NCBI GenBank assembly: GCA_043804695.1
Contig: JAZDIV010000106.1
Location: 344-64,343, forward strand
DNA: 64,000 nt
Direction: 5' to 3'
Source: PVC group bacterium
Lineage (GTDB): Bacteria; Auribacterota; Erginobacteria; Erginobacterales; Erginobacteraceae
This document shows positions 37,727-46,855 of this stretch, piece by piece (positions within the stretch are counted from its first letter, which is position 1; the number at the start of each line of letters is the position of its first letter). Under the pieces are notes generated by a model. It made no database searches, was not told the origin of the DNA, and saw only the letters and a program-made list of their open reading frames with translations. The position numbers and the translations under genes are program-made.

Positions 37727-37970
37727 CGCGATTTTTCACAGATCGCGGGAGTTCAGACTGGAGTCCGTTTTCGAGCGTTGGTTAACAAAGCATCCGGGCA
37801 GAAGCAGGTCCCTAGAAACATGAAAGAAAAAAGGCTTTTCCTCTTCTGGTTGATCCCGGTGCTGGTGATCGCCGCCCTGGCCGTTTATTCCCGATTTGCC
37901 GGGGATATTTATTCCCGACCTCAATTTCTCCGGCGATCACCCGGAGCGGTCGGCGTCTGAGAAGAGAGCG

Positions 37971-40007
37971 ATGAAGAAGGCAGGCGGCAGAACGGCGGTC
38001 CTCCTGGCGGCGGTGCTCCTGATGAGCTTGATTCTGAGGGTTCACCAGCTGGGCCGCGAGAGCCTCTGGCTGGATGAAGGGGGGGCAATCCGGATGGCCG
38101 GGATCTCGATCCCGGGGATGGTGAGGGAGATCGCCGGCAATTATCATCCGCCGCTTTACTACCTGGTTCTTCATCTCTGGATCGATCTCTTCGGGGATAG
38201 TGAATTTTCCGGACGGTTCCTCTCCGTCCTCTTCGGCGTCCTCTCTGTTGCCGCCATCTATAAACTGGCCGCGCTTCTCTTCAGCAGGAGAGTTGGCTTG
38301 ATCTCCGCCCTTCTCCTCTCGCTCTCGAGATTTAACATATTTTACTCCCAGGAAACCAGGACCTATACCCTGCTGACCCTGCTTTCGCTGCTCTCCATGT
38401 ATTATTTCGTCCGATTAATCAGGGAAAAAGCCCGGTCCGCCGCCATCGGCTACCTGCTCTCTTCTGTCCTCTTGATCTATGCTCATAATGTCGGTTTGCT
38501 GGTGATCGCGGCCCAGAATATCTTCGTGATCCTGATGGCGGCAGATAAAAAAAACCGGGGCCGGTTCCCCTTCGGCCGGTGGATGATCCTGGAGGCGATT
38601 CTGGCCGTCCTCTACGCGCCATGGATCGGCATCTTGACCCGGCAAATCTCGGCGATGGGGAGCAGGAGCTACCCGGTGCCGCGCCCCTCGCTCGCGGGGC
38701 TCTATTATTCTTTCGTGCGGTTCTCGGGGTCACCGGCGCTGCTTTGGATCTTTTCAGCTCTGGCCATCTGGTCGCTGGGCCTTATCCGGCGCAACCGACT
38801 TCCCCCTTTGCGGCGGGGACTGCCGGCTTCGGTTCGGATTGCCGGGGAGCACACGGATCGGGTCCGGGCCGGGGAGCCGATTCTCCTGCTCTGCTGGTTA
38901 TTCGGGTCTGTCTTTCTCCCCTTTCTTATCTCGCTGTTTACGACCCCAATATACGTGCATCGGGCCACCATCGTAGCCACGCTCCCCTGGTATATCATGG
39001 CGGCAGCCGGGATCGACCGGATCGGGCTCTCTCCTCTTCGGAACGCGGTCATCGCCTCTATTGTGCTCCTTTCCCTGCCGGGTATCGGAACATACTATGC
39101 CGAAACCAAGAAAGATCAATGGCGGGAGGCGGTTGGTTGGATTGCGGAAGAGGGGAAAGAAGGGGACTTGATCGAGGTTTTTCCCTATCACAATATTTTC
39201 AGCTACTACTACGATAAGTATGGTCTATCGGCCCGGGGGATGGCTGCCGCCTTGATCGATGTTTCCGAGAGAAGCGATAACAAAATCGCGTCGTTGGTTG
39301 CAGATTTCCCGCGGGTCTGGGTTTTGCTCTCTCATTTCGGGATCGCGGATACCCGGGTCATCCGGGAGGAACTGGAAAAAGAATACTATCTGATCCGGAG
39401 TAAAAAATATTTCAACAAGTCCCAGGATCAGTTCTTCCGGGACCGGATCGGCCTGGTGGTTATGCTCTTCGAGAAGAAAAAGGCGGTGCTCGCGCGGTCG
39501 GCCCGCGCCGGCGGGGATTTGCCGATCTCTCACTCGTCCTCAAATCTGGTCGAAGACCCCGGCTTTGAAGAGACCGACGACGCCTGGCATCTGGGGACCG
39601 CCGTGTTATCGCGCGACCCCGCTCACACCGGCGGGCGGGCGGCCTTTTTCGATAAGAATATATGCCCGAGCACGAACTGCTGGCATCCGTGGCAACGGGT
39701 GTCGGTGGAGCCGGGACGGCAGTATCTTTTCGGGGCCTACCTGAAAACCCGGGGGTTGAAAGAAAAAGTTCGAGTGACGATTAAGGAACTTGGCCCCGAC
39801 CTCACCAATCCGTATCATTTGACCAACGAACTCGGCGGCGATAATGCCTGGACACTGCTGATGGGCGCTTTCGAACCGCGCGGTTACGGGGGGAATGAGC
39901 CGGTGGAGATCGAGATCAGGCCGCTCCGGATGACTGATTTTCGGGAAGGGGAATGCTGGGCGGATGACGTTTTCATCATCCCCGCCGCCGAGTTCCCCTC
40001 CTTCTAA
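37971..40007 (+). CDS. ArnT/PMT-like GT-C glycosyltransferase with C-terminal CBM-like module
   Basis: RVHQLGRESLWLDEGGAI...HPPLYYLVLHLW...FNIFYSQETRTYTL is typical of GT39/83 PMT_2 enzymes, with about 11 TM helices. The C-terminal 156 aa (39537-40004) form a beta-sandwich-like module. Start set at ATG 37971; the ORF is open from 37896. Confidence 0.75.
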   Translation: MKKAGGRTAVLLAAVLLMSLILRVHQLGRESLWLDEGGAIRMAGISIPGMVREIAGNYHPPLYYLVLHLWIDLFGDSEFSGRFLSVLFGVLSVAAIYKLAALLFSRRVGLISALLLSLSRFNIFYSQETRTYTLLTLLSLLSMYYFVRLIREKARSAAIGYLLSSVLLIYAHNVGLLVIAAQNIFVILMAADKKNRGRFPFGRWMILEAILAVLYAPWIGILTRQISAMGSRSYPVPRPSLAGLYYSFVRFSGSPALLWIFSALAIWSLGLIRRNRLPPLRRGLPASVRIAGEHTDRVRAGEPILLLCWLFGSVFLPFLISLFTTPIYVHRATIVATLPWYIMAAAGIDRIGLSPLRNAVIASIVLLSLPGIGTYYAETKKDQWREAVGWIAEEGKEGDLIEVFPYHNIFSYYYDKYGLSARGMAAALIDVSERSDNKIASLVADFPRVWVLLSHFGIADTRVIREELEKEYYLIRSKKYFNKSQDQFFRDRIGLVVMLFEKKKAVLARSARAGGDLPISHSSSNLVEDPGFEETDDAWHLGTAVLSRDPAHTGGRAAFFDKNICPSTNCWHPWQRVSVEPGRQYLFGAYLKTRGLKEKVRVTIKELGPDLTNPYHLTNELGGDNAWTLLMGAFEPRGYGGNEPVEIEIRPLRMTDFREGECWADDVFIIPAAEFPSF

Positions 40008-40340
40008 CAGAATGTAACTCCGCAACTTCTCCCTTTAACTGGTTTTGGGATCGGCATTACTGTCTTTGCCCGATTTGCAAAAACTCGACTGGTGAAGTTA
40101 TCGTGTTGCGAGGCTACTTGTATGTTCACTTTCGTTATCCTGGTTATCACCGGGACTCGCCCGCCTCTTGCGGACTTTGTCGGTAGACTCCGGACTATTG
40201 TCAAGGAAGTCACCCGATAGTAAATCACCCCCTTTCTGGGCGTGAATTAATTTGACGATATCCGCGCCCGGTCCGCCGTTCCGGCCGGGGAGGATTATTT
40301 ATTGACTGCGGCGCCCGGGTAGTGCTACCCTCCCGGTCTT

Positions 40341-41624
40341 ATGCTATCCGTTATCATTGCCGTTAAAAATGAAGGTAAAAACATAGATATTCTTTTGAGG
40401 GGAATCCGGGAAACCCTGGAAGGCGCGGGGATCCCTTCCGAGATAATCGTCGTTGATGGATGTTCCGGGGATGACACCGTGGAGCGGGCCAGGAGCGCCG
40501 CCGACCGCGTGTTCATCCAGCAAAATCCGGGATACGGAAACGCCTTCCAGGAAGGGCTGAAGGCGGCTCAAGGCGACTACGTCCTGACCCTGGATGGAGA
40601 TTTTTCACATCCTCCCCGTTTCATCTCCGAACTCTACCGGCAGCGGCAGGAAGCGGAACTGATCATCGCTTCCCGGTGGATTGAGGGGGGGACAGCCGAG
40701 ATGCCGTGGTGGAGGATGGTTTTAAGCAGAATCCTCAATACCATATTCTCCCGGGTGCTCTTTCTCCCCATCCGCGACATATCCAGCGGGTTCCGTCTCT
40801 ACCGGGCCGATATCCTGTCGGACCTGGACCTGAAAGCCCATGACTTCAGTATCCTGGAAGAGATCGCGATCAAGATATGGAACCGGGGATACCGGATCAA
40901 AGAAGTGCCCTTCTCCTACCGTCCCCGGCACGAGGGATGCTCCAAGGCCAAACTTTTCAACCTGGGGAAATCCTACCTGAAAACCGCCTTCGCGATGTGG
41001 AAACTGAGAAATTCCTGCGAGGTCGCCGACTACGACGACCGGGCTCACAACAGTATTATCCCCATCCAGCGGTACTGGCAGAGAACGCGATACCGGATCG
41101 TGAAGGATTTTATCTCCGGGACGGACAGGATCCTGGATATCGGGTGCGGCAGCAGCAACATCATCAAATCCCTGCCCCGGGCAGTCGGTCTCGACATATC
41201 GAAGGTTAAGCTCCGCTACCTGAGAAAATTCCATCCCCTCCTGGTGAACGCGTCCATCTTCTCTCTCCCGTTCGGAGACCGGACCTTCCGGGGAATCATC
41301 TGTTCGGAAGTGATCGAACATGTGCCCTTCCGGAGGGAGATGTTCCGGGAACTAAACCGGGTCCTCGGCGCCGGCGGGGTCCTGGTGCTGGGGACACCGG
41401 ACTACAGCCGCCGTTCCTGGAGGATGATAGAATTCGCTTACGGGATCCTGATGCCCAACGCCTATAAAGACGAGCACATAACGCACTACACCCACTCCCG
41501 GCTGAATGATCTGCTCCGGGAATACGGTTTTATCCCGGAGAATCACGCCTATATCGCCGGGTCGGAACTGATCATCAAGGCCCGGAAGACCGGCAGCCCT
41601 CGTGTCACCGATGAAGATAACTGA
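40341..41624 (+). CDS. bifunctional GT2 (polyprenyl-phosphate glycosyltransferase, DPM1/ArnC-like) fused to a SAM-dependent methyltransferase
   Basis: N-terminus: LSVIIAVKNEGKNIDILL...VVDGCSGDDT...TLDGDFSHPP (GT2, DxD-type). C-terminus: ILDIGCGSSNII...FRGIICSEVIEHV...GVLVLGTPD (class I methyltransferase motifs I-III). Confidence 0.85.
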   Translation: MLSVIIAVKNEGKNIDILLRGIRETLEGAGIPSEIIVVDGCSGDDTVERARSAADRVFIQQNPGYGNAFQEGLKAAQGDYVLTLDGDFSHPPRFISELYRQRQEAELIIASRWIEGGTAEMPWWRMVLSRILNTIFSRVLFLPIRDISSGFRLYRADILSDLDLKAHDFSILEEIAIKIWNRGYRIKEVPFSYRPRHEGCSKAKLFNLGKSYLKTAFAMWKLRNSCEVADYDDRAHNSIIPIQRYWQRTRYRIVKDFISGTDRILDIGCGSSNIIKSLPRAVGLDISKVKLRYLRKFHPLLVNASIFSLPFGDRTFRGIICSEVIEHVPFRREMFRELNRVLGAGGVLVLGTPDYSRRSWRMIEFAYGILMPNAYKDEHITHYTHSRLNDLLREYGFIPENHAYIAGSELIIKARKTGSPRVTDEDN

Positions 41625-43632
41625 GAGATCTGCTTCTCACGTGATTTTGCTCTTTCTGATCATTGCCGCTGCCTTCTTGAGGTTTTATGATCTGGGCGGG
41701 AAGAGCCTCTGGTACGACGAACTCTATGAACTGAAGGTGGCCGGAAAAAGCATCCCTTACATTCTCAAGACCACCCATCCTCTTCATTCCCCCCTCAACC
41801 AGATTATCACCGGCTGTTTCCTCTCCCTGGGGAAGAATGAGTTTGTCCTCCGGCTGCCCTCGGCGGTCTGGGGAATCGCCGCCGTCTGGGCCATCTACCG
41901 GGTCGGGCGCCTCTTCTTCGGACGCGAGGAAGGTCTGCTCAGCGCTTTTCTTTTGACCCTCTCCTCCTACCACATCCGTTATTCCCAGGAAGCACGGATG
42001 TACGCCTTTTTTGTTTTGACCACCCTGCTCTCCCTCTACTTTTTCTGGAGGGCGGGAAGAGAGAATAAAACACTATGCTGGATCGGCTATGTCGTCTCCA
42101 CCGCCCTGGCGCTCTACACGCATCTGTTCACGCTTTTTTTACTCCTTCCCCAGTGTGTTTTCACTATCCTGGGCGGATTCCGCGGGTGGAAACCGCGGGA
42201 GCGGGGTGGTGCCATTTCCCTGTTCAGATCGCCTTTTTTCATCGCCCTGCTGGCGATCGGTCTGCTTTTCCTCCCCCGGGCAATCACCATCCTCAGCCAT
42301 CCCGAGGTTCTGAAGACGTATCTCCGGGTGGCGGCGTCGGCGCCCCGGACCGGGGATGAGGTCTCACCTGTCCGCGTCACTCCCATCGGAACTATTCTCA
42401 GACTCTACGGTGCCGGCGGGGGGATTCCTCTTTACTGGTACCTTTTCTTCCTGGCCGCCGGGATTATCGCCGCCTTCAAGGAAAGCCGCCGGCTTCTGCT
42501 TTTTCTGCTCCTGCTCCCGGGAACCCCGGCCATCGTTTTTTTATTCATTAAACCGGGGCATATCTTCTGTTCCCGCTATCTCATCTTTCTGCTCCCGGTT
42601 TATTATCTCTTCATCGCCCGGGGGGTGAGCGGTCTGGCCGGGCTGTTGGGAAAAAGAAAGCCCCGGGTTCCGGACCAACAGCGCTCCGTCAGGGAACGCA
42701 GCCTGGTCTGTCTTTTCTGCGCGGGTTTTTTACTATGTAACATCAACCCCTTGATCCACTACTACGACAACCGGGACCCCGATGGTAATCTGATCAAGCC
42801 CGATTGGAAAGCCCTGATGCATTACTTACAGGATAACGCCCGGGCTGGCGATACACTGTTCTTTTCCGGGAAGTATCCCTACCATGTATTTCTGGCTCTT
42901 AATCACTACCTCCCGGCAACAGTGAAAGAGACCGTGTACCATATCGACCCGGAGACGCTGGAGCAGGCAGGCATCTGGTGGATAAGCGCTCGGGATCAGG
43001 CGCCGCCTTTTTCTCCCGGTCTGCCGGCACGGGAGATCGATGAAAAAATTGACGGGATAACCGCCTGGCACCTGGAAACGGCCGTTGCCTTTGCCGCCAG
43101 AGAGATCGTTAACCAGGATCTCGGCATCGATCGGGGGACGCCATACGGTGAAGGAGACAGTATTCCGGACAACGGCATCCCGGACGGCTGGACCGCCATC
43201 GATTACGGAGGGGGCCGTGAAAATAACTACACGGTTTCGATCGAAGAGAACGACACCGGGCCGGGGATTGCCTCTTTCCGCCTGGAAGACCGGGTACCGG
43301 AACCCAACTTCGTCCTCCAGAGCACCGGGGTCCCGGTCATGGCCGGGAGAAGGTTCTGGGTATCGGCCCTTATCCAGGGAGCGGAGATATTCTGGAACGG
43401 TTTCTCTCCCTGCCTGAGTGTCCGGTTCCTGAACGAAAACCGGCAGCAGATTTCGGCCCCGGAGCAGGGCCTCCGGATCCTGCTCGATCTGAGGGACGGG
43501 TGGGGTCTGTGCGTGATCAACGGGCTCACTCCGCCCGGCGCCCGCTTCCTGAAGCTGGCACTGGTCGAGCACAAGGGATACCGGGGTAAAGTGAGTAAAT
43601 TCCGCCAGGTTCGATTGTTCGGAGACTGGTAA
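41602..43632 (+). CDS. ArnT/PMT-like GT-C glycosyltransferase with C-terminal beta-sandwich (CBM-like) domain
   Basis: RFYDLGGKSLWYDE...HSPLNQII...YHIRYSQEARMYAF parallels the 37971 protein and is polytopic. The C-terminal about 150 aa (43174-43629) are soluble and beta-rich. Start GTG 41602 or ATG 41611; overlaps the upstream gene. Confidence 0.75.
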   Translation: MSPMKITERSASHVILLFLIIAAAFLRFYDLGGKSLWYDELYELKVAGKSIPYILKTTHPLHSPLNQIITGCFLSLGKNEFVLRLPSAVWGIAAVWAIYRVGRLFFGREEGLLSAFLLTLSSYHIRYSQEARMYAFFVLTTLLSLYFFWRAGRENKTLCWIGYVVSTALALYTHLFTLFLLLPQCVFTILGGFRGWKPRERGGAISLFRSPFFIALLAIGLLFLPRAITILSHPEVLKTYLRVAASAPRTGDEVSPVRVTPIGTILRLYGAGGGIPLYWYLFFLAAGIIAAFKESRRLLLFLLLLPGTPAIVFLFIKPGHIFCSRYLIFLLPVYYLFIARGVSGLAGLLGKRKPRVPDQQRSVRERSLVCLFCAGFLLCNINPLIHYYDNRDPDGNLIKPDWKALMHYLQDNARAGDTLFFSGKYPYHVFLALNHYLPATVKETVYHIDPETLEQAGIWWISARDQAPPFSPGLPAREIDEKIDGITAWHLETAVAFAAREIVNQDLGIDRGTPYGEGDSIPDNGIPDGWTAIDYGGGRENNYTVSIEENDTGPGIASFRLEDRVPEPNFVLQSTGVPVMAGRRFWVSALIQGAEIFWNGFSPCLSVRFLNENRQQISAPEQGLRILLDLRDGWGLCVINGLTPPGARFLKLALVEHKGYRGKVSKFRQVRLFGDW

Positions 43633-43748
43633 TCGTCCCCGAAAGATGAGGCTGAGATTGAGCAAAAGCTGTCTGGTTTGAGCTATTTTTAAGCCCCTCT
43701 TTCAAATCCGCAGGTTTTGTTATATTCCCTCACCCCCGGAATGAGAAC

Positions 43749-45200
43749 TTGGTTATAATCTCAGGTGCTGACCGTCGATCTCAAAAAAGCTTTTACGATG
43801 TGAAGATACTGCTCCTCAAGCCGATCAACGACAGATATTACGTGGTCCAGCCCTCGCTCGGGCTGGGGTATCTGGCCTCCGTCATCATCCGGGAAGGTCA
43901 TGAAGCTCATATCATCGACGCCGGCCGGGAACGGCTCACATGGGATGCGTTCAGAATCCTGGTTGAGGAGGGGGGATACGACTTGATCGGGATCCAGATG
44001 TTCAGCTATGAACTGCCGTCGGTCAAGAAACACCTGGAGATCGTTAAAAAATATTCACCCGAAAGCGTGACCCTGGTCGGCGGCCCGCACATCAGCGGCG
44101 ACCCGGAAGGAACGGCGGATTATCTCGACGGGATGAACTTTGGATTCGTGGGAGAGGCGGAGACCGGTCTCGGGCGCTTCCTCGGACTGCGCAGGGAAGA
44201 TTATTCCAACCCCGAACGCCTGGAAGGAATTCCCAACCTGGTATGGAGAAGAAACGGACGGACGGTGGTCAACCCCCGGGCTCCGGTTGCAGATCCCGAT
44301 GAGATCGAGTTGCCCGCCTGGCATCTCATGGATCCTCGAAGCTATCCGTCCGCCACCCATGGGATCTTCTACCGTTTTGCCCCGGTAGCCCCGATCATAA
44401 CCTCACGGGGTTGCCCGTTCCCCTGCACCTTCTGCGCGGCCCGTGCGCTTACCGGGCCCGTAATCAGGTACCGGTCGGTTGAGAACGTGGTCCGGGAGAT
44501 CATGCTTTTGAATGACCGGTACGGGGTGAGGGAGTTCCATATCGAAGATGACAACTTCACCTGGAGAGGGGAGTACGTGATCGCGTTCTGCCGGGAGATA
44601 CTAAAACGGAACCTGCATCTTGCCTTCACCCTGCCGAACGGGGTTCGCCTGGACTCACTGGATGAAGAAGTTTTAATCCTGATGGAGCGGTCCGGCTTCT
44701 ATTCCCTCGCGGTCGGGATTGAATCGGGGAGCGATCGTATCCTGAAATTAATGAAGAAAAACCTGACCCGGGAGGTGATCAGGGAAAAAATCGGCCTGAT
44801 CAAAGAATGCACAAAGATGAGGATATCGGGTTTTTTCCTGATCGGCTACCCCGGGGAGACGGAGGCGGAGATAGCTGAGACAATATCTTTCGCCCGGTCC
44901 TTGAATCTCGATCTGGCCTCCTTTCTGATCACCATGCCGCTGCCGGGATCTCCGCTCTGGGATGACTACGGGAAGCGGGATTATAATGAGATCAACTGGG
45001 AAGATTTCATCCCCTCCCGGGCGGTACCGGGGGTCTCGGATATCCCGGGGCCGCGGTTAAAAAACCTCCAGCGGAAGGCTATTCTGGGGTTCTACCTGAG
45101 ACCGAAGATTCTCGGCCGGACCCTGAAAGAGATCAAACGGCTCCGGCAATACCGGATCATCGGCCGCCGGTTGAAGGATATCCTCCGCCCGGTCCGGTAA
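43749..45200 (+). CDS. B12-binding-domain radical SAM enzyme
   Basis: ILLLKP...LGLGYLASVIIREGHEAHIID...GGPHISGDP (cobalamin-binding-type N-terminus). ITSRGCPFPCTFCAA. Start may be GTG 43800. Confidence 0.85.
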   Translation: MVIISGADRRSQKSFYDVKILLLKPINDRYYVVQPSLGLGYLASVIIREGHEAHIIDAGRERLTWDAFRILVEEGGYDLIGIQMFSYELPSVKKHLEIVKKYSPESVTLVGGPHISGDPEGTADYLDGMNFGFVGEAETGLGRFLGLRREDYSNPERLEGIPNLVWRRNGRTVVNPRAPVADPDEIELPAWHLMDPRSYPSATHGIFYRFAPVAPIITSRGCPFPCTFCAARALTGPVIRYRSVENVVREIMLLNDRYGVREFHIEDDNFTWRGEYVIAFCREILKRNLHLAFTLPNGVRLDSLDEEVLILMERSGFYSLAVGIESGSDRILKLMKKNLTREVIREKIGLIKECTKMRISGFFLIGYPGETEAEIAETISFARSLNLDLASFLITMPLPGSPLWDDYGKRDYNEINWEDFIPSRAVPGVSDIPGPRLKNLQRKAILGFYLRPKILGRTLKEIKRLRQYRIIGRRLKDILRPVR

Positions 45201-45213
45201 TCCGTCTTATTTA

Positions 45214-46638
45214 TTGGCCGCGGTTAAAATGAACTCTATTGTTTTCATTCAGAGGGAGATCGAAGAGAAGCTGGGCGTTATGGTTCTCACCTCCTACCTG
45301 AAGTCACTGGGCTTTGATGCCCGAATAGTCATCAACCCGCGTAAGAATATCCGACTGCTGAAGAGGCTCAAACCCGAAATAATCGGCATCAGTCTCTGTA
45401 CGCCCTCGCTGCGATGGGCGCTGACCACCGCTCGATTGATAAAAGAAGAGTTGCCCGATACTTTGATTATTTTAGGCGGCCCCCATCCCACTTTCTGCCC
45501 GGAAGTGGTCAGCGAGCCGGGGGTGGACGCGGTCTGCATCGGGGAGGGGGAAAGATCTCTTTCGATCCTGATGAAAAAATATGACGGGACCCTGACTTCG
45601 ATCAGGGAAGTGCCGAATATCTGGTTCAAGGACCGGGGCTCCATTATCAAGAACCCCGTCTCTCCCCTCCTTTCGGAGGATGAGCTTTCCGCCTTGCCGT
45701 CCGCGGATCGGACGTTCTACCGGGATTATCCCGCCCTCCGGAAGAGTCCCGTGAAATCCCTCTGGACCTCGCGAGGATGCCCTCACGCATGCAGCTACTG
45801 CTTCAACGCTTTCTATAATAAAATATACCAGGGGCACGGAAGGATCTTCCGGCAGCGTTCGGTGGAGAGCGTCATCGGGGAACTGCAAGAATTGAAACGC
45901 CACGGCTGGAAAGGACTGAACATCGTGGACGATCAATTTCTCTGCCGGAGGGGATGGGTGGAGGAATTCTGCGCCCGGTATGAAAGAGAAATCGCCCTGC
46001 CTTTTCAATGCCTGGCGACCGCTCCCCAGATTTCGCCATCCCTGGTGGCAGTCCTGAAAAAAGCGGGCTGCGAGGTCATCTACTTCGGGATCGAGAGCGG
46101 GGTGGAGCGGATCAGGATGAAAAAATACAACAAACCTGTCACCGATGATGATATCTATCAGGCTGCCGAGGCCCTCCATCTTCACGGGATGCCGTTTTTA
46201 ACCTACAATATGATCGGGCTGCCTGATGAGACGATTGATGACGTCTATCAGACGGTCCGCATCAATCAGGAGATCGAGACCACGTATCCCTGGTGTTCGA
46301 TCCTCCAGCCGTATCCGGGAACGGCGATAGCCGAAGAAATGGCTGGAGCGCGCCGCGATCGGGATGCCGAATCATTCCCCTATTCGTATTTCCAGGAAAG
46401 TGTGATTGACGATCCGGTTAAAAAGAGCCTATTCTTTAACGCTCAAAAATTGTTCGCCTATCTGGTGAACAGGAAGGTGCCGTACGAAAAATTCATCCGC
46501 CTGATGCGATGTCCGCCCTCGGCCGCCCGCTTTATTTATCCGCCGGTCTTCTACTGGTTCTTCGGGAGGGGATTGAGAAGGCGGTACGACTTGAGTTGGG
46601 TGTCCATGTTTCGCTATTGGCTCTATTCCAAATCATAA
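45214..46638 (+). CDS. B12-binding-domain radical SAM enzyme
   Basis: VLTSYLKSLGFDARIV...GGPHPTFCPE. WTSRGCPHACSYCFN. Adjacent to the 43749 gene but clearly divergent from it. Confidence 0.85.
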   Translation: MAAVKMNSIVFIQREIEEKLGVMVLTSYLKSLGFDARIVINPRKNIRLLKRLKPEIIGISLCTPSLRWALTTARLIKEELPDTLIILGGPHPTFCPEVVSEPGVDAVCIGEGERSLSILMKKYDGTLTSIREVPNIWFKDRGSIIKNPVSPLLSEDELSALPSADRTFYRDYPALRKSPVKSLWTSRGCPHACSYCFNAFYNKIYQGHGRIFRQRSVESVIGELQELKRHGWKGLNIVDDQFLCRRGWVEEFCARYEREIALPFQCLATAPQISPSLVAVLKKAGCEVIYFGIESGVERIRMKKYNKPVTDDDIYQAAEALHLHGMPFLTYNMIGLPDETIDDVYQTVRINQEIETTYPWCSILQPYPGTAIAEEMAGARRDRDAESFPYSYFQESVIDDPVKKSLFFNAQKLFAYLVNRKVPYEKFIRLMRCPPSAARFIYPPVFYWFFGRGLRRRYDLSWVSMFRYWLYSKS

Positions 46639-46801
46639 GGAGATAGCCAGATTTATTCGTAAAATATTTTTTCTCCGGAAAATAATTACGGGACGAATAG
46701 CGCCGACCCATAACAATTGCCGACGTGGGAAGATGCGGGCGGTGTTGAGGAATACTTTTTAAGGCGTAGCCTTCAGGCAGTAACTGAAGTTTAAGTAACA
46801 A

Positions 46802-46853
46802 TCCCGACGAAGTCGGGACCATTAAAATTTTGCGCCGAAGGCGCTAAATTTTA
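46802..46853 (+). repeat. bipartite hairpin element (variant copy) abutting the start of the SDR gene
   Basis: TCCCGACgaaGTCGGGA, then TAAAATTTTGCGCCgaaGGCGCTAAATTTTA, 2 nt before ATG 46856. Same two-hairpin layout as 10822/19125/55981. Confidence 0.6.
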
Positions 46854-46855
46854 TC

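Noticed and set aside
40122-40220. 32-codon ORF (MFTFVILVITGTRPPLADFVGRLRTIVKEVTR) with a GAGG 8 nt upstream, in the 333-bp gap before the GT2-methyltransferase gene
   Set aside because: It is too short, and there is no conservation evidence available from the sequence alone. It could be a small membrane peptide but cannot be supported here.
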